From IMG/VR virus record IMGVR_UViG_3300005069_000003, positions 1-35,481 of that record: a DNA stretch of 35,481 bases. One strand, written 5' to 3'. Of the stretch, positions 33,943 to 35,481 are shown in pieces. Each line of letters starts with the position of its first letter. The first letter of the stretch is position 1. The notes below the pieces were generated by a model, which searched no databases, had not been told where the DNA came from, and saw only the letters and a program-made list of their open reading frames with translations. The stretch is from a virus. The position numbers and the translations under genes were made by a program.

Positions 33943-34014
33943 GTGTTGGGTGTGCTAAGGCACTGCTCACCAAGTCGGTTTGTCCTCGTTTAAGAGACTG
34001 GCGAGCCCCAACAC
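33943..34014 (+). ncRNA. Candidate structured RNA (72-nt three-way junction); expressed strand uncertain
   Basis: Closing stem GTGTTGGG(33943-50)/CCCAACAC(34007-14). Hairpin GTGC-TAAG-GCAC (33952-63). An 11-bp hairpin 33965-76/33996-34006 with a 19-nt loop. Single-nt linkers. The predicted TSS of the 33911-33939 promoter falls at the first stem base. Confidence 0.35.
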
Positions 34015-34016
34015 CT

Positions 34017-34265
34017 CTAACGTTCGCACGAACAATTATTATATTCACAGCATCCATACCAATTTAGTTCTTGTTGCTCAAAAGCCACAATGTTCCTAAA
34101 ACGAGCAATCCGCCAACAAGAGTGCCTAATTCTAAAAGGGATCGGTGTTGCGACAACGCAACAATCACAAACGCCACTAAAGTTATAACTAGGGTTTTTC
34201 CTAGTAAGGATGGCTTTTTTGCCTGGCGCTTTTGCGACTTTGTATTTTTCATTTTTTGATTCCAT
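34017..34265 (-). CDS. Alternative overlapping ORF (82 aa, Cys-rich) in a different frame from the 62-aa membrane ORF
   Basis: ACGAGGT SD lies 8 nt before ATG 34265, but the composition looks like an off-frame read of a TM-coding region. Confidence 0.3.
   Translation of the reverse strand: MESKNEKYKVAKAPGKKAILTRKNPSYNFSGVCDCCVVATPIPFRIRHSCWRIARFRNIVAFEQQELNWYGCCEYNNCSCER
34064..34252 (-). CDS. Small two-TM membrane protein (62 aa)
   Basis: Basic N-terminus KSQKRQAKK, then two hydrophobic helices (LVITLVAFVIVAL, LVGGLLVLGTLWLL). No SD at normal spacing. Confidence 0.45.
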   Translation of the reverse strand: MKNTKSQKRQAKKPSLLGKTLVITLVAFVIVALSQHRSLLELGTLVGGLLVLGTLWLLSNKN

Positions 34266-34296
34266 TTTATGTTACCTCGTGTATAATATTATGTGT

Positions 34297-34340
34297 GCTG
34301 GGGGATCCCGGTGCTTAGCGGCTGGGGATCCTGGCTGCGC
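34297..34340. repeat. GC-rich island with two GCTGGGG(G)ATCC(C/T)GG units, each centred on a BamHI palindrome
   Basis: gctgggggatcccgg (34297-34311) and gctggggatcctggc (34321-34335), 24-nt period, in an otherwise AT-rich spacer. Confidence 0.7.
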
Positions 34341-34344
34341 CTTA

Positions 34345-34635
34345 TCATTTGCTATGGTAGTAATCTGAATTTATATAATGCATATCAAACACAGCTTTGT
34401 TCTTTTTTGTCAAATCTTCTTTTGCCCATTTACTTAATGTATTAAGTAAATCTTCAGCAAGTTCCAACTTTCGTGCTAAATCATACGTTTGTTCTTCGTA
34501 TAATTCAATTTCACGGGCTTGAGTACTGTTTATAGCTTCTAATTCCTCTATTTTGTCTACTAACGTAGCGGCGTCGTTGGCAGGAATAACATCGATTATA
34601 TTAATGTTGCGGATGATGTCTTTGTAATAATTCAT
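34345..34635 (-). CDS. Hypothetical early protein (96 aa, coiled coil)
   Basis: AAACGAGGA SD. Own consensus promoter. Confidence 0.6.
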   Translation of the reverse strand: MNYYKDIIRNINIIDVIPANDAATLVDKIEELEAINSTQAREIELYEEQTYDLARKLELAEDLLNTLSKWAKEDLTKKNKAVFDMHYINSDYYHSK

Positions 34636-34670
34636 TTTTGATTCCTCGTTTTCGGTTATGTTGTATGTAT

Positions 34671-34698
34671 ATTATAACTGGTTATTTTCAATTGTCAA
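34671..34698 (-). promoter_or_regulatory. Consensus sigma70 promoter TTGACA-N16-TATAAT
   Basis: Plus strand reads attata(34671-76)-N16-tgtcaa(34693-98). Confidence 0.7.
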
Positions 34699-34986
34699 GT
34701 TGTCTTTGTGGTAATCTAACCAATCTTGCAGACCACCTAAAGATTCGGATACGTAATATGGTGAATATATATCACGTTGATCTAGGTAATTAAAACATTG
34801 AATTATGGGGTAATCCCAATCTAAACCAACTATATCGAATTCTATAACATCAGCGCCATTGTTATATTTTGGCATATCCTCTTGGGGCACACCTAAAATC
34901 TTTGCCGCTATTGTTTTCAAATCATCAAGTTGTGCATCTTTTATATCTGTTGATTTGTCTGTATTAATGTAAAAGTATTTTTTCAT
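34672..34986 (-). CDS. Hypothetical early protein (104 aa) whose first 19 residues are identical to the scaffold-like protein
   Basis: AAACGAGGA SD. N-terminus MKKYFYINTDKSTDIKDAQ encoded by the 57-nt repeat. Confidence 0.6.
   Translation of the reverse strand: MKKYFYINTDKSTDIKDAQLDDLKTIAAKILGVPQEDMPKYNNGADVIEFDIVGLDWDYPIIQCFNYLDQRDIYSPYYVSESLGGLQDWLDYHKDNLTIENNQL
34930..34986 (-). repeat. 57-nt segment identical to 4244-4300 (inverted orientation)
   Basis: Reverse complement read directly, 57/57. Confidence 0.95.
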
Positions 34987-35018
34987 TTTAATCCTCGTTT
35001 TGGTTATGTCTTGTGTAT

Positions 35019-35046
35019 ATTATAACTGTTTATTTTCAATTGTCAA
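35019..35046 (-). promoter_or_regulatory. Consensus sigma70 promoter TTGACA-N16-TATAAT
   Basis: Plus strand reads attata(35019-24)-N16-tgtcaa(35041-46). The leader is about 85% identical to the 34645-34698 cassette. Confidence 0.7.
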
Positions 35047-35260
35047 TGGTTGCGTGGTAAATATTGTAATTTATGTTGCCTGTGAACAGATTAAACTGGT
35101 CATCTGTTGCAAATAAATCAAATTCTTTTAAAGTGACACGACCTCTTTCAGTTATATTTTTATCTCCAACTTTTTGTGAAGCTATAAAAAAATAACCATT
35201 TTTATTATTATGCAATTGCATTAATTGTTTAATTGTTGTGACTTTTACAGTTGTTTTCAT
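35036..35260 (-). CDS. Hypothetical early protein (74 aa), first gene of the early arm
   Basis: CGAGGA abuts the first ATG (35269), so the second ATG (35260) has normal spacing. Confidence 0.55.
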   Translation of the reverse strand: MKTTVKVTTIKQLMQLHNNKNGYFFIASQKVGDKNITERGRVTLKEFDLFATDDQFNLFTGNINYNIYHATIDN

Positions 35261-35296
35261 TTTTTTCATCCTCGAAAATGATTGATTGATGCCTAT

Positions 35297-35324
35297 ATTA
35301 TAACTGCTTAATTTTAAATGTCAA
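35297..35324 (-). promoter_or_regulatory. Consensus sigma70 promoter TTGACA-N16-TATAAT (leftmost early promoter)
   Basis: Plus strand reads attata(35297-302)-N16-tgtcaa(35319-24). Confidence 0.7.
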
Positions 35325-35368
35325 GAGTATTTTTAGCTTTTTTCGTGTTTTAAGTGTAAAAAGTGCCA

Positions 35369-35481
35369 AAAACCAAGTTTTGTAAATACCGAATTTGTAA
35401 AATCTATTTTCAAAAACATAGGGTTAACCCTTAGTTTGTCTCATTTTAGAGACATTTTTGCTACAGATAAGCCCCTAAAAT
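35369..35481 (+). repeat. Left arm of duplicated non-coding element, copy A (continues to base 54 across the junction); matches 11832-11945
   Basis: 114 nt with 2 mismatches (35375/11838 and 35390/11853). Contains TTTGTAAA x2, the 12-bp palindrome AGGGTTAACCCT (35420-35431) and the hairpin TGTCTC-ATTTTA-GAGACA followed by T5. Confidence 0.85.
35429..35481. repeat. Terminal overlap, identical to 1-53
   Basis: Direct reading, 53/53 identical. Confidence 0.9.

Noticed and set aside
33943-34014. A 72-nt element with an 8-bp terminal stem looked tRNA-like
   Set aside because: It has no T-arm or GTTCRA loop and no 7-nt anticodon loop on a 5-bp stem, and it has only two internal hairpins. It is kept as a candidate structured RNA, not a tRNA.

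Overview
The window reads as one complete phage genome of about 35.4 kb. Bases 1-53 are identical to 35429-35481, which fits circular closure or terminal redundancy. The genome has two arms.

Plus-strand arm (391-20645): virion and lysis genes. It encodes small and large terminase, portal, scaffold-like protein, P22-coat-like capsid protein, P22 gp4-like and gp10-like tail adaptors, a fibre-like protein, three ejection-type proteins (one with a lambda-R-like transglycosylase domain), a beta-helix tailspike, a holin candidate, an endolysin and a DUF1353 protein.

Minus-strand arm (35260 down to 20596): early and replication genes. It encodes many small ORFs, a TOPRIM/SF3 primase-helicase, a J-domain protein, ThyX, family-A DNA polymerase, VRR-NUC and an SNF2 helicase.

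I recognised no RNA polymerase, integrase, repressor, tRNA or CRISPR array.

The features I would look at again:
- A 57-nt perfect inverted repeat gives the scaffold-like gene and one early gene the same first 19 codons.
- A 157-bp non-coding element is duplicated ahead of both late gene blocks. One copy is split by a 177-bp repeat-rich insert.
- A plus-strand promoter sits inside the early arm and points at a compact 72-nt three-way-junction element. The loop of that element is complementary to the conserved early RBS motif AAACGAGGA.
- A tandem domain repeat in the fibre-like protein differs only at synonymous sites.
- There is a paralogous family of small early proteins, a catalytically degenerate ABC-ATPase fragment, and a GNAT gene inserted in the structural arm.

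All functional calls rest on motifs read by eye. No database search was run.
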